Positions 1-9,229 of a stretch of DNA of 64,000 bases are shown piece by piece. Each line of letters begins with the position of its first letter. The stretch's first letter is position 1. The position numbers and the translations under genes are program-made. The notes under the pieces were generated by a model. That model ran no database searches. It worked only from the letters and a program-made list of their open reading frames with translations, and was not told where the DNA came from. This DNA comes from an uncultured Candidatus Saccharibacteria bacterium (GTDB lineage: Bacteria > Patescibacteriota > Minisyncoccia > Phycocordibacterales > JAKAEA01), in the NCBI GenBank assembly GCA_964467325.1, contig CAYXSG010000001.1, forward strand, positions 8,953-72,952, in the 5' to 3' direction.

Positions 1-2
1 AA

Positions 3-338
3 GTTAATTCATATCTTAGTTGCAATGGTGTTTCAGCCACAAATAATGTAGTCCATTCGCTAAAGAATGTTTCCTTGGAAGATTTTCAGTTGGAAATGAA
101 AAATTCTCTTCCAGAAATTCTAAACAGTTGTTCAGAAACTGTTCAAAATATTGACAATTCTCCATTGCCCGACAAAAATTATACTGTTGATGAAACTTAT
201 GGATTCACAATAAATACAACACCAAATAATTACATCATTCTATTCCTAATTGTTTTTCTAGGCTCTTGTGCAATCCTCCCCGTTATTAGAGAAGGTATCA
301 AATTCTTTAAAAGTGGTTTCTCTTATTTTGGAGAATAA
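3..338 (+). CDS. Hypothetical membrane protein, 5'-truncated by window edge
   Basis: Frame is open from position 3 to the stop at 338; C-terminal hydrophobic helix; AT-rich. Confidence 0.55.
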   Translation, partial: VNSYLSCNGVSATNNVVHSLKNVSLEDFQLEMKNSLPEILNSCSETVQNIDNSPLPDKNYTVDETYGFTINTTPNNYIILFLIVFLGSCAILPVIREGIKFFKSGFSYFGE

Positions 339-346
339 CTATTCCG

Positions 347-397
347 AAAATAGGGGTCAGGCACATTTTGTTCGATTAAATTCCAAGATCTGACCGG
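347..397. repeat. REP-like inverted doublet GGGGTCAGGCAC...AGATCTGACCGG
   Basis: GGTCAG/CTGACC inverted pair in an intergenic gap; the left half recurs at 20352-20375 (-) and, degenerate, at 34727-34748. Confidence 0.55.
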
Positions 398-434
398 TTG
401 GGAAGTTTCAGGGACTTTTGTTATAATTCCTTGT

Positions 435-644
435 ATGATTCTCTTTATATTTTTTCTATTTTTAATATATTTCATTCCGACCATCATCGCTTTTTCTAAA
501 GGTAAAAGGAACAAAGGGGCAATATTCGCTTTAAATTTATTTCTCGGACTTACTTTTATAGGTTGGATAATTTCTCTTGTTTGGGCCCTTACTCAGGATG
601 GTATAGTTGTTGTTTCAAAAGAAAACACTATAAATACTAAATAA
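435..644 (+). CDS. Superinfection immunity protein (T4 Imm-like)
   Basis: YFIPTIIA...IFALNLFLGLTFIGWIISLVWAL family signature. Confidence 0.85.
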   Translation: MILFIFFLFLIYFIPTIIAFSKGKRNKGAIFALNLFLGLTFIGWIISLVWALTQDGIVVVSKENTINTK

Positions 645-902
645 ATGGAAAACATACCAAATTTTGAAAATAGAGAAAGAGAAGCGGAGATTGATAAGTT
701 GATTGGTGAACTTGCGGAAAAAGAGGAAATGAATCCGGAAGATGTTTTGTCTGATATTATCACTTTCGCGCCAGTAGAAGGAAATGAAGATCCGAATCTT
801 GAATATTTGGACATGGTGGCGGAAAAGATTGGGATTTCTCATGAGGAGATGCGGGAGTATGCGGTGAAGAAATGGGAGGAAGCACAAAATGAACATGAAT
901 AA
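645..902 (+). CDS. Small acidic hypothetical protein
   Basis: 85-aa ORF abutting neighbours. Confidence 0.7.
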   Translation: MENIPNFENREREAEIDKLIGELAEKEEMNPEDVLSDIITFAPVEGNEDPNLEYLDMVAEKIGISHEEMREYAVKKWEEAQNEHE

Positions 903-1455
903 AAAAATATTATATTGGGCCATTGGCGGTGTTGTTGGGGTTGTTGTGATTGGGATTTTTCTCGCACAGCCTTTTAGGAAAAATGTTGCGGTGACAGATG
1001 TTGACATGGCTGGCCCAAAGAATGCGACTTATGAAATTGATGGAAAACCTGTCACACTTGTTGACGGTGTGTCTGTCGTTGCTGCAGCGCCCGGCTCGGC
1101 GGCAAAAATCACAACTCAATATTTTGGCAACGAAGTGACGCACGATTTTGACGGCGATGGCCGGCCTGACACGGCGTTCATTCTGACGCAAAACACGGGC
1201 GGCAGCGGCACGTTTTTCTATGTTGTGGCGGCGTTAAACAAACCATCCGGTTTTGTCGGTTCAAAAGGTTTTCTTCTGGGCGACCGAATTGCGCCTCAAA
1301 CAACCGAAATTTCCAGGGATTTAAATAAAAATGTGCTAATCGTAAACTATGCAGACAGGAAAACCGGAGAAAGTTTTGCTGTGATGCCGTCGGTTGGAAA
1401 AAGTGTTTGGCTTTTGCTCAATGTTAAGACTGTGCAATTTGAAGAAATTGATTGA
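889..1455 (+). CDS. Membrane-anchored extracellular hypothetical protein
   Basis: N-terminal TM helix; DFDGDGRPD motif; GGSGTFFY. Confidence 0.8.
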   Translation: MNMNKKILYWAIGGVVGVVVIGIFLAQPFRKNVAVTDVDMAGPKNATYEIDGKPVTLVDGVSVVAAAPGSAAKITTQYFGNEVTHDFDGDGRPDTAFILTQNTGGSGTFFYVVAALNKPSGFVGSKGFLLGDRIAPQTTEISRDLNKNVLIVNYADRKTGESFAVMPSVGKSVWLLLNVKTVQFEEID

Positions 1456-1514
1456 GCGCATTTTTATTTTTGCTATAATCATTCGGCGGGAGCTAGCGAT
1501 AATAAAATTCTAAA

Positions 1515-1979
1515 ATGCCTGAACCGAAAATTGGTGTTGATTATGTGGGCGTGACAACGCCGTTTTACTGCCACGACGGAAAGGGAAATTTGCTTTTGCA
1601 TAAACGCAGCAAAGCCTGCCGAGACGAACATGGGCGCTGGGATGCTGGTTCGGGCAAACTTGAACACAATCTTTCCTTGGAAGAAAATGTTTTGCAAGAG
1701 GTTTTAGAAGAATACGGTTGCAAAGGAAAAATTCAAGATAGACTTCCAGCGCATGATATTTTTCGGGAGCAAAATGGCCTCATGACGCATTGGGTGGCGG
1801 TTTCTTTTTTCATCAAGGTCAATCCTAAAGAGGTGAAAAACTGCGAGCCGCACAAGATTGAAGAGCTGGGCTGGTTTACTTTGGATAATTTGCCGGAGCC
1901 GCTTCACACCGGTTTTGCGCAATCTTTAAAAACCTACAAAGCTTATTTTGATAAAAACATAAAAGGGAAAGTTTCATGA
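1515..1979 (+). CDS. NUDIX hydrolase
   Basis: Nudix box GSGKLEHNLSLEENVLQEVLEEYG; EPHK...WF. Confidence 0.9.
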   Translation: MPEPKIGVDYVGVTTPFYCHDGKGNLLLHKRSKACRDEHGRWDAGSGKLEHNLSLEENVLQEVLEEYGCKGKIQDRLPAHDIFREQNGLMTHWVAVSFFIKVNPKEVKNCEPHKIEELGWFTLDNLPEPLHTGFAQSLKTYKAYFDKNIKGKVS

Positions 1980-2386
1980 AAATCTTCATCATTTGCAGCA
2001 AAAGGTTTTACGGCAATATTCCGGAAATTCAAAAAGTTTTGGAGAAAAACGGCCACAAAATAACTTTGCCGAATTGCTATGAAGATCCGGCGACGGAAGA
2101 CCGGAAACGCAATCTTGGACGGAAAGCTCACGCAAAATGGAAAGCGGAAATGCTGAATAATAGCGCGAAAGTGATGGGTAAGCAGGACGCCGTACTCGTT
2201 TTAAACTTTGAAAAAGATGGCATGAAAAATTATGTTGGCGGCGCAACGTTTTTGGAAATGTATGATGCGTTCCGACTGGGCAAGAAAATTTTCCTTTACA
2301 ATGACATTCCGGAAGGGATTCTTAAGGACGAAATTGTCGGATTTAACCCTGTGATCATCGGCGGCAATTTGAAAAAAATTAAGTGA
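1976..2386 (+). CDS. Nucleoside 2-deoxyribosyltransferase-like protein
   Basis: DAVLVLN...NYVGGATFLEM...GKKIFL; ATGA overlap with NUDIX gene. Confidence 0.7.
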   Translation: MKIFIICSKRFYGNIPEIQKVLEKNGHKITLPNCYEDPATEDRKRNLGRKAHAKWKAEMLNNSAKVMGKQDAVLVLNFEKDGMKNYVGGATFLEMYDAFRLGKKIFLYNDIPEGILKDEIVGFNPVIIGGNLKKIK

Positions 2387-2882
2387 GAACTTCTTTCTTC
2401 CAAGAATAGTAAATGGCAAGGGCTGAGCCGACGGAAATGAAAGTGAGACCAGAGTTGTAAATAATTGAGGCAATAAAGGAGGCGTTTTGAAGCTGACCGA
2501 GACTAGATAGAATATAATTCCAATCGTGAATTACGGAATCGCCGCCAAGAAGTTCAAGCTGCATTTTTGCCGCGTCGGCAGCGTAGATGGAAACGTTTAA
2601 AAGATTTTGGCCGACCCAAAGCAGGCAGAGTGCGCCGGAAATTTTTTGATTTTTGCAGAAAAAGTAAATTGAAATCAGGAGCGGCAAAGCAACCTGAAAG
2701 GCGCTGCCGGCCAAGACGTTTACGAACATGCCAAAAACGGAAGAAGGAAAAATGCTGTGCCCGGCCTCATGAAAGATGAGGTTTGCGCTGTCAATTATGG
2801 TGTGCCATTTTGTGTAGGTTTGGACGTAATACCAAAAATAGGCGCACACAACGAGGCTCATCATTACGCGAAAATATTTCAT
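2379..2882 (-). CDS. Membrane zinc metallopeptidase-like protein (M50-like)
   Basis: HEAGH within a hydrophobic protein; HDW motif. Confidence 0.7.
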   Translation of the reverse strand: MKYFRVMMSLVVCAYFWYYVQTYTKWHTIIDSANLIFHEAGHSIFPSSVFGMFVNVLAGSAFQVALPLLISIYFFCKNQKISGALCLLWVGQNLLNVSIYAADAAKMQLELLGGDSVIHDWNYILSSLGQLQNASFIASIIYNSGLTFISVGSALAIYYSWKKEVLT

Positions 2883-3028
2883 CGTTAATATAATTATAGC
2901 AAAAGCTCTTCAGTTTTTCTTTATTTTTATTTTAAAAAGATTTTAACCCCTGTGTGAAAGAATGGCGGAAGAGCCGCGCTATGTGGCGCAGCGAAGGTCT
3001 TTAGTAATTCTCTCGAAAGGAGAATGGT

Positions 3029-3631
3029 ATGAAACGGTTCTGCTTTTTGGCGGCGGTTCTATTTTTCGCGGCAATGTCTGGAGTTCGGCCAGCTTCGGCA
3101 AGCATCATCTGGAGCGACGGCTTTGAGTCGGGGAATTTCTCGGCTTGGAGCGCCACCTCCGGAGGTTGGACGGTGGTCACTTCCACGCTCGCGGCTCATT
3201 CGGGCCTCAAAGGTGCAGACGTGAAAGGCGCGAGTTTGGCAAATGGCGACATGCTTGCTGTTTCGGTTTCTTCTGCGGGCAGCGAAAATTTGCACTGGCA
3301 ATATTGGTTCAAAGTGCGCGATGCGCTTGAATCGGCTGATTCGGTTTTTGCCGAATGGACAGCAAATGGCGCCGACTGGCAAACTTTGACGCAATACACG
3401 AACGTGGCGACGGGCGATTGGCAATTTGCCGATTTCACTTTGCCGATTGGGGCGAACAATAATCCAAACTTAGGATTTCGTTTTCGCGCCACGCTCGGCA
3501 GCGCGACCGACCGAATGAATTTCGACGACGCCGCACTTTCCGGCACGCCGATTGCGGCTGTACCTGAGCCGTCAAGTTTGCTTGGTCTTGGCGTCTCAGC
3601 CTCTTTGCTCTTTTTCCGCCGGCGGAAATAA
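3029..3631 (+). CDS. PEP-CTERM sorting domain protein
   Basis: Signal peptide (ASA), beta-rich domain (DGFESG), C-terminal VPEPSS-TM-RRRK; SD AAGGAG. Confidence 0.9.
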   Translation: MKRFCFLAAVLFFAAMSGVRPASASIIWSDGFESGNFSAWSATSGGWTVVTSTLAAHSGLKGADVKGASLANGDMLAVSVSSAGSENLHWQYWFKVRDALESADSVFAEWTANGADWQTLTQYTNVATGDWQFADFTLPIGANNNPNLGFRFRATLGSATDRMNFDDAALSGTPIAAVPEPSSLLGLGVSASLLFFRRRK

Positions 3632-3654
3632 TTTCGCGATTGTTCTGTGTTATT

Positions 3655-3689
3655 AAGACTTGGTTGGCGCTGCCACCAAGTCTTTTTTT
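3655..3689 (+). terminator. Intrinsic terminator of PEP-CTERM gene 1
   Basis: AAGACTTGGT...ACCAAGTCTT stem plus T tract. Confidence 0.8.
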
Positions 3690-3694
3690 ATAAT

Positions 3695-3723
3695 AAAAAA
3701 CTGCCCGACAACAAGTCGGGCAG
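3695..3723 (-). terminator. Intrinsic terminator of ORFan 3767-4144
   Basis: CTGCCCGAC/GTCGGGCAG stem, T6 on minus strand. Confidence 0.8.
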
Positions 3724-3766
3724 CTAGGCAAGATGCTTGGCTTGGCACCTTGCCTAAGCGGGGAAT

Positions 3767-4144
3767 TCAGGCAGCGCGCTTGCGCTTTCGCTCGGGGAAA
3801 ATGCTTTGACCATCGGCAGTTTTGATTCTGTTGATCGCGGCTCGAAGCTGGCGAATCAGCAGTTCCTTCCTGCTCGTCTTGGGATAGATTTTCCGCGCGA
3901 GTGAGTTTGTATCGTCCCTGATCCAAACTTCATACTCAAGACCGCCGTCTTCAATGCTGTTGTGGAAGACGGCGAGGTCCTTCTCCTCACATCGCCAAAC
4001 GTCGATATAACTGCCGTTTGGTTTGGAGCGGACCTGAATGAGTTGTGATGCGTCGAGAGCATTGGCCGCAGCTCGATTTGTACGCAAACCAATCGGTCTG
4101 AGTAGAAGCTGCGGACGGTCACGAAGCGACATTGCTTTGGGCAT
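3767..4144 (-). CDS. Hypothetical protein (ORFan), start MPKAMSL
   Basis: AAGGAGG SD 8 nt before the ATG at 4144; TTGCCA-17-TAGTTT promoter; own terminator. Confidence 0.7.
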   Translation of the reverse strand: MPKAMSLRDRPQLLLRPIGLRTNRAAANALDASQLIQVRSKPNGSYIDVWRCEEKDLAVFHNSIEDGGLEYEVWIRDDTNSLARKIYPKTSRKELLIRQLRAAINRIKTADGQSIFPERKRKRAA

Positions 4145-4229
4145 TTTTGGTGCCTCCTTTCTTCTGATGGTTAAACTAAACCAAAAACCGGATTTTGGCA
4201 AGAGCAAGCTTTTAGTGTATAGTGCATGG

Positions 4230-4337
4230 ATGGCAAAACGAATGGCGGTAAATACGAAGAATAAAGCGTCGCGGTCCAGAAAAACGAAAAAGCGCCTTGA
4301 AATCAAGCGCGCCATGCTCGCGGCGAAGAAAAAGTGA
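4230..4337 (+). CDS. 35-aa highly basic small protein (MAKRMAVNTKNKASRSRKTKKRLEIKRAMLAAKKK)
   Basis: TATAGT 6 nt before ATG, the same pattern as core genes; K/R-rich. Confidence 0.6.
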   Translation: MAKRMAVNTKNKASRSRKTKKRLEIKRAMLAAKKK

Positions 4338-4373
4338 TACAATGTTTGTATTAGCAATAATATAGGAATAATC

Positions 4374-4592
4374 ATGTCAAACGAACTTGAGCATTTGGAG
4401 CAGGAAGAGGAAAAAATAGAAAGAGAGATTGAAGAAGTAAAAAAAGATGAAATGGAAGCAAGAAGTAAAGAAGTAAAACTCGGAGTAGATTTGCAAAAAG
4501 TTAAACAGGAACAGTTTGCACTTAAACAAAGACAATTGGCTGAAGACAAGAGAAAGATGGAAGAAGATCAGAAAAAAAGAAAAGCCGCTTAA
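4374..4592 (+). CDS. Small charged coiled-coil protein
   Basis: E/K-rich 72-aa ORF. Confidence 0.7.
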   Translation: MSNELEHLEQEEEKIEREIEEVKKDEMEARSKEVKLGVDLQKVKQEQFALKQRQLAEDKRKMEEDQKKRKAA

Positions 4593-4596
4593 TTTT

Positions 4597-4920
4597 ATGG
4601 AAAACTTTGAAAAAGGTCCGGAACAGATTCCGACAAAAGAAGAGGTGATGGAAGTTATTGGGCGTTTAGTGGAAAATGCTGTAGTTGCTCGTGAATTGTC
4701 TGATGAGCAAGGTTTGTATCTGCTTGAAGCCAGAGTTGAAGGCAAAGAAAAAGGTGAAGTCACGGAATATGGCTATATGAGAAAAGGTCGTTTTCCAAAT
4801 CATAACGAAGCTTCAGAAACTGCAATTAACGTCGTTTATTACCAAGATGAAATGCCTGTGGGCGGAGATAAGGTGGCTGTTTACAATTCTGAAACAGACG
4901 AGTGGGAAGTAGCAAAATAA
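4597..4920 (+). CDS. Acidic hypothetical protein (start MENFEKG)
   Basis: ATG follows the upstream stop by 4 nt. Confidence 0.75.
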   Translation: MENFEKGPEQIPTKEEVMEVIGRLVENAVVARELSDEQGLYLLEARVEGKEKGEVTEYGYMRKGRFPNHNEASETAINVVYYQDEMPVGGDKVAVYNSETDEWEVAK

Positions 4921-4926
4921 TTTTTT

Positions 4927-6027
4927 ATGGTTTTCAGGAGAATTGTCGGCTGGTATGAAAAGTACGAGCGACTCGTGTCGTCCGTTTCGCTCGTGGGCGG
5001 TTTCGTCTTTGACGCGATTTTTCTCAAGCGTGTGGATTTGTTCATTGAAAATTTCTGGATTGTCGTGCATCTTTCCATGGCCGCTGTCGGCATTATTGGG
5101 CTCAATATCGTGGAAAAGCGCCGGACGCAAAGCGCGGAAGGCCAGCAAAGTAAAAGCCGCTGGCATTTCTGGCTCATCATTTGGACGCAGTTTGCCTTCG
5201 GCGGCTTGCTTGCGGCCTTTTTGGTTTTCTATTTTCGCAGCACGACTTTTCTGGTCAACTGGCCATTCATCTTCATTTTGGCTGTAGCTTTTGCCGCCAA
5301 TGAAATTTTCAAGAAGCATTATGTTCGGCTGAGCTTTCAAATCAGCTTGTTTTTTCTTTCGGTTTACGCTTTTGCCATCTTTCTCGTGCCGATTCTCATG
5401 CACCGGATCGGCGCTGACGTGTTCGTTATAAGCGGTGCGGCGAGCCTTTTTGTCCTCGGTTTGTTTTTGGCCGGCTTGCGCTTCATTGCCAGAGAGCGCT
5501 TCGTCCAGAGCCGGAAAATTTTATGGTTTAGCATCGCTGGCATCGTCCTCGTGGTGAACTTTTTATATTTTGCCAACTTGATTCCACCGATTCCGATTTC
5601 GCTCAAAGACGCTGGCATTTATCATTCTGTTTTAAAAAACTCAGCCGGAGGCTACACTGCGACAGAGGAAAATCAAACCTGGCTTGGTATTTTTAAGCAA
5701 TATGAAGACTTTAATGATTTTTCCAACGCGCCGGTTTATGCTTACACCGCAATTTTTTCGCCGACCAATTTCGGCGTCAGCGTCATCCACGATTGGCAAT
5801 ATTATGACGAAACAAAAAAGCAATGGATTTCGGTAAGTAAAATTAGACTGCCGATTGTTGGCGGACGAGACGGCGGCTATCGCACCTACTCCAAAAAGAG
5901 CGGCATTTTTCCTGGTCTTTGGCGTGTGGATGTGAAAACTATAGGCGGCCAGCTCATCGGCCGCTTGAAATTCAACGTCATAGAATCTTCTGCACAGCCT
6001 GCGCTTTCCGAAGTTCGGCTGGAATAG
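4927..6027 (+). CDS. DUF2914-like multi-TM membrane protein
   Basis: 7-8 TM helices, PPIPISL, C-terminal GGRDGGYRTYS...GLWRVDV. Confidence 0.8.
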   Translation: MVFRRIVGWYEKYERLVSSVSLVGGFVFDAIFLKRVDLFIENFWIVVHLSMAAVGIIGLNIVEKRRTQSAEGQQSKSRWHFWLIIWTQFAFGGLLAAFLVFYFRSTTFLVNWPFIFILAVAFAANEIFKKHYVRLSFQISLFFLSVYAFAIFLVPILMHRIGADVFVISGAASLFVLGLFLAGLRFIARERFVQSRKILWFSIAGIVLVVNFLYFANLIPPIPISLKDAGIYHSVLKNSAGGYTATEENQTWLGIFKQYEDFNDFSNAPVYAYTAIFSPTNFGVSVIHDWQYYDETKKQWISVSKIRLPIVGGRDGGYRTYSKKSGIFPGLWRVDVKTIGGQLIGRLKFNVIESSAQPALSEVRLE

Positions 6028-6041
6028 GGTATAATGTTTCC

Positions 6042-7019
6042 ATGATTCAGCCTCAATCTCCAAAGGACAAAGCTTTTATGATTGTCTCGGGAGTGATTGC
6101 TTTTGTAATTATCGGCGGCAGTTTGTATTTTTATTTGTATTCTCAAAAAAAGCAGGACGCGGACAGTGCACTTATCAATTCGCTCAAAGATTCTTTGGAC
6201 GCTTCGTCGCCGCAGCTTCAGCTCCACTCAAGCCTTCTCAAAGCTCAGGCCAATCTCCAAATGCAAACCAATCGCTTGACCGATATGCAAAACGCGCTCA
6301 TTACCCAACAGCAATTTTCTTCGGCAATGAAAAGCGGCTATGACATTGTGGACAGCGCTGTGAAAAAAACTGATGTCATTTCCAAAAAAATCCAAGATGA
6401 AGTGACGACGAAGCGTCAGCAGGTGACTGACGCGCTCAATCTGTGGAAAGATTTGATTGCAAGAACTCCCAAAGATGGCGCCACCGACGAAGTACGTGCT
6501 TTGGCTCAAGCTTATGCTGAAACCGCGCAATCGTATCTGGCCGAACTTCAGGATGTGGTTGATAATCTTACGCCGGAAACTTCTGGTTTGACGCAAAGCC
6601 AGATTGATTCTTACGTAGCGCTGGTGCAAGACGCTTCGCGGTCGGTTGACAGCGTGGTTCAAACTTTGTTGCCGCCCCCGCCGCCAGCAGCACCGCAAAC
6701 CACCGTCGTGGTTGCGGCCGGCAATGATTACGTGCCGCCAGCCCCAATTGTGACGCCGGTGGCGCCGGCGGACGTTGTACACCAGGAGACAGTGGTGGCT
6801 GATGCTCAAAACCAAGTGGAAATTTTGCAGGATCAGATTAATCAAGAGCAACAAGCATCTTCTACCAATCAAAATCCGCCACCACCGCCGGCCGGAAACG
6901 GGCAACAAGACATTTACACCACGCCGTATTCCGACTATTCCACCGCGCAAGGGATTGTCACTCAGCCGGGAGACCCAGAGCTTGTGCCAGGTGCCAACCG
7001 CTACGACAATCCGCAGTAA
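6042..7019 (+). CDS. Membrane-anchored coiled-coil/proline-rich protein
   Basis: Start at 6042 (TATAAT-6nt-ATG); N-terminal TM, helical region, poly-Pro tracts. Confidence 0.75.
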   Translation: MIQPQSPKDKAFMIVSGVIAFVIIGGSLYFYLYSQKKQDADSALINSLKDSLDASSPQLQLHSSLLKAQANLQMQTNRLTDMQNALITQQQFSSAMKSGYDIVDSAVKKTDVISKKIQDEVTTKRQQVTDALNLWKDLIARTPKDGATDEVRALAQAYAETAQSYLAELQDVVDNLTPETSGLTQSQIDSYVALVQDASRSVDSVVQTLLPPPPPAAPQTTVVVAAGNDYVPPAPIVTPVAPADVVHQETVVADAQNQVEILQDQINQEQQASSTNQNPPPPPAGNGQQDIYTTPYSDYSTAQGIVTQPGDPELVPGANRYDNPQ

Positions 7020-7051
7020 TTTAAAAATAAAAGGTATAATAAAGTCACGAC

Positions 7052-7477
7052 ATGAAAAATCACCACTGGTACAGAGTTTTGCGAAAGCCGTCGTGGGCGC
7101 CGTCGGAGCGACTGTTTGCGCCGGTGTGGGCTGTGCTCTACCTCCTCATAGCGATTTCTTTCGGTTACGTCGGTTGGCTTTTTTTCAAGCATGAAATTTT
7201 GCCGGCCATCGCTTTCGTTTTCCTTTTAAATCTTGCCTTAAACTTGGCTTTCACGCCGATTCTGTTTGGCTTTCACCATCTCGGTTTAGCTTCGGTTGAT
7301 GTTTTTCTGACATTGGTTACGCTCGCTCTTTGCATGATTCTCATTTATCCTTTTGCCCCGTGGGTGGCACTTGTCAACATTCCATATTTGCTTTGGACCG
7401 CTTTCGCCACTGTCTTGCAGTTTAGAATTACGGCTCTAAACAGGGAAGAGCGACAAGCCGAATTCTCATTCGTATGA
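7052..7477 (+). CDS. tspO: TspO/MBR family tryptophan-rich sensory protein
   Basis: WY..L.KPSWAP...FAPVW..LY; PYLLW..FA. Confidence 0.9.
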   Translation: MKNHHWYRVLRKPSWAPSERLFAPVWAVLYLLIAISFGYVGWLFFKHEILPAIAFVFLLNLALNLAFTPILFGFHHLGLASVDVFLTLVTLALCMILIYPFAPWVALVNIPYLLWTAFATVLQFRITALNREERQAEFSFV

Positions 7478-8550
7478 GCGACGACATTTTATTCCTGATA
7501 GGGTTTCTTTTTGTGGTGCTTTTGGCTTTCACTTTTTCCCATAGCGGCACGCCGGCTCAAAACGTCGGCATTCTTGGAAATATTTCAAGCAATCCGAGCG
7601 GCTCGGTTTATACTACTTCACCGGTGAGCGTTTCAAAAAATTCCGCACCGACGATTTCCTATTTTTCTCAAAGCGCTGGTCCGGTTGGGATGAGTACCAC
7701 TGTCTATGGCACTGGTTTTCTCAAGAGTAACACTGTGCATTTTGGCGCGACCAATGTTTTCGCCAGTTCCGACGACGGCACCACGCTCGTTTTCAAAGTT
7801 CCTTCTCTCCCAGTGCAAACTTGCGTCGGCAATTCTCAAAACTGCGTGATTCCGGCGCAAAATACCCAAACCAATTTGGGCACGTATCAAGTTTTTGTTT
7901 CAAATACTAACGGTCAGAGCAATAATTTATCTTTTACCATCGGCGATTATGGAACCAATTACGGCTTAAGTCGGCCGCAGATTACCAATGTAGTTGGGCC
8001 GCAGAAACTTTTGCCGAACGATTCTGGAGTGTGGTCGATCACAGTCAGCGTTTCAAATCCGACGACGCTCATCGTGTCGGCCGATTGGGGCGATGCCAAC
8101 GTTTCCAACAATGGCGGGTCGGGCACAAGGCGAATCAGTATTTCAAAAACTCAGACGATCGCTTTGAGCCACTCTTACCACACACTCGGCAGCTACAACA
8201 TAAATTTTAACGTGATTGATGATGATTCTTCTTTGGCCACTTCTTACACGCAGCCGGTGACTGTCGTTTACGCGCCGCCGGTGGATGTTTCGCAACTTAA
8301 GATTTCTTATTTGTCACAAGGCTACGGTCCGGCCGGCACGCAGATTGCTATAATTGGCGGTGGTTTTTCCGCTTCGCCGGTCACCATTCACTTCGGCAGC
8401 ACGGCTTTGCGCGCCACACCGCAAAATTACGGCACCGCGCTCTATTTCAACGTCCCAGCCAATACGCCGGTCGGCTCATATCAAATTTACGTTTCCAACG
8501 ACCTCGGCCAAATCACCGACACAAATTATTTCTCCGTGACGAACCCTTAG
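7474..8550 (+). CDS. IPT/TIG and PKD-like domain surface protein
   Basis: Two GP.G...I.G.GF...V.FG repeats; DWGD PKD-like motif; N-terminal TM. Confidence 0.8.
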   Translation: MSDDILFLIGFLFVVLLAFTFSHSGTPAQNVGILGNISSNPSGSVYTTSPVSVSKNSAPTISYFSQSAGPVGMSTTVYGTGFLKSNTVHFGATNVFASSDDGTTLVFKVPSLPVQTCVGNSQNCVIPAQNTQTNLGTYQVFVSNTNGQSNNLSFTIGDYGTNYGLSRPQITNVVGPQKLLPNDSGVWSITVSVSNPTTLIVSADWGDANVSNNGGSGTRRISISKTQTIALSHSYHTLGSYNINFNVIDDDSSLATSYTQPVTVVYAPPVDVSQLKISYLSQGYGPAGTQIAIIGGGFSASPVTIHFGSTALRATPQNYGTALYFNVPANTPVGSYQIYVSNDLGQITDTNYFSVTNP

Positions 8551-8577
8551 TCGTTTGATACAATATTTATAAATCAC

Positions 8578-9213
8578 ATGAAACAATCTCGCCTTGACTC
8601 TCTTTCGGACGGCATTTTCGCAATCATTCTGACGCTCATGACTTTTGAATTCAAGATTCCTTTCATGGCTGGCATGGTCAATGATGAAAAACTTTGGACG
8701 GCGCTCACCACACTCTGGCCGGTTTTCCTCAGCTTCATTTTGAGTTTTGCTTTGCTTTTCACCTACTGGCATGCGCACCACTACATTGTTTCGGTGTACG
8801 CCAAAAGTGTGGACCGCCGACTCACCAGCATCAATGCCATCTTTTTCTTTTTCATTTCGCTCATTCCTTTTTCCACCAGTCTCATCGGCACCTACAGCCA
8901 AACCAAGCTCGCCATCATTATCTACGCCCTAAACGTTTTGGCCATCGGTTTTTCGCTTTTGTGGATGCGCAGCTACGTTTTGACTTCCGGCCACATTGAT
9001 CACGCATTCGTTTTGGTTTCAGAAAAGCGCCGCGGCTTCATTCGAGTAATTGCGCCCATGACTTTCGCTGTCATTGCCATCATTGCTTGCTTTTACAGCA
9101 CATGGTTTGCTTTTCTCCTTCTCACTTTAGCGACGATTTTCAATTTGTTTTCAAGAAGCACGCGTTTCGTAAACTGGCTCATCAAAAAGACGAAAGAGGA
9201 GATTGCCGGCTAG
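8578..9213 (+). CDS. TMEM175 (DUF1211) family potassium channel
   Basis: RLDSLSDGIFAIILTLM; W..HH; IPFST. Confidence 0.9.
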   Translation: MKQSRLDSLSDGIFAIILTLMTFEFKIPFMAGMVNDEKLWTALTTLWPVFLSFILSFALLFTYWHAHHYIVSVYAKSVDRRLTSINAIFFFFISLIPFSTSLIGTYSQTKLAIIIYALNVLAIGFSLLWMRSYVLTSGHIDHAFVLVSEKRRGFIRVIAPMTFAVIAIIACFYSTWFAFLLLTLATIFNLFSRSTRFVNWLIKKTKEEIAG

Positions 9214-9229
9214 CTTTTTAATTGAGAGA

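Noticed and set aside
4145-4549. First 135 codons of the 260-aa minus-strand ORF
   Set aside because: Antisense shadow of two plus-strand ORFs; SD and promoter indicate a start at 4144
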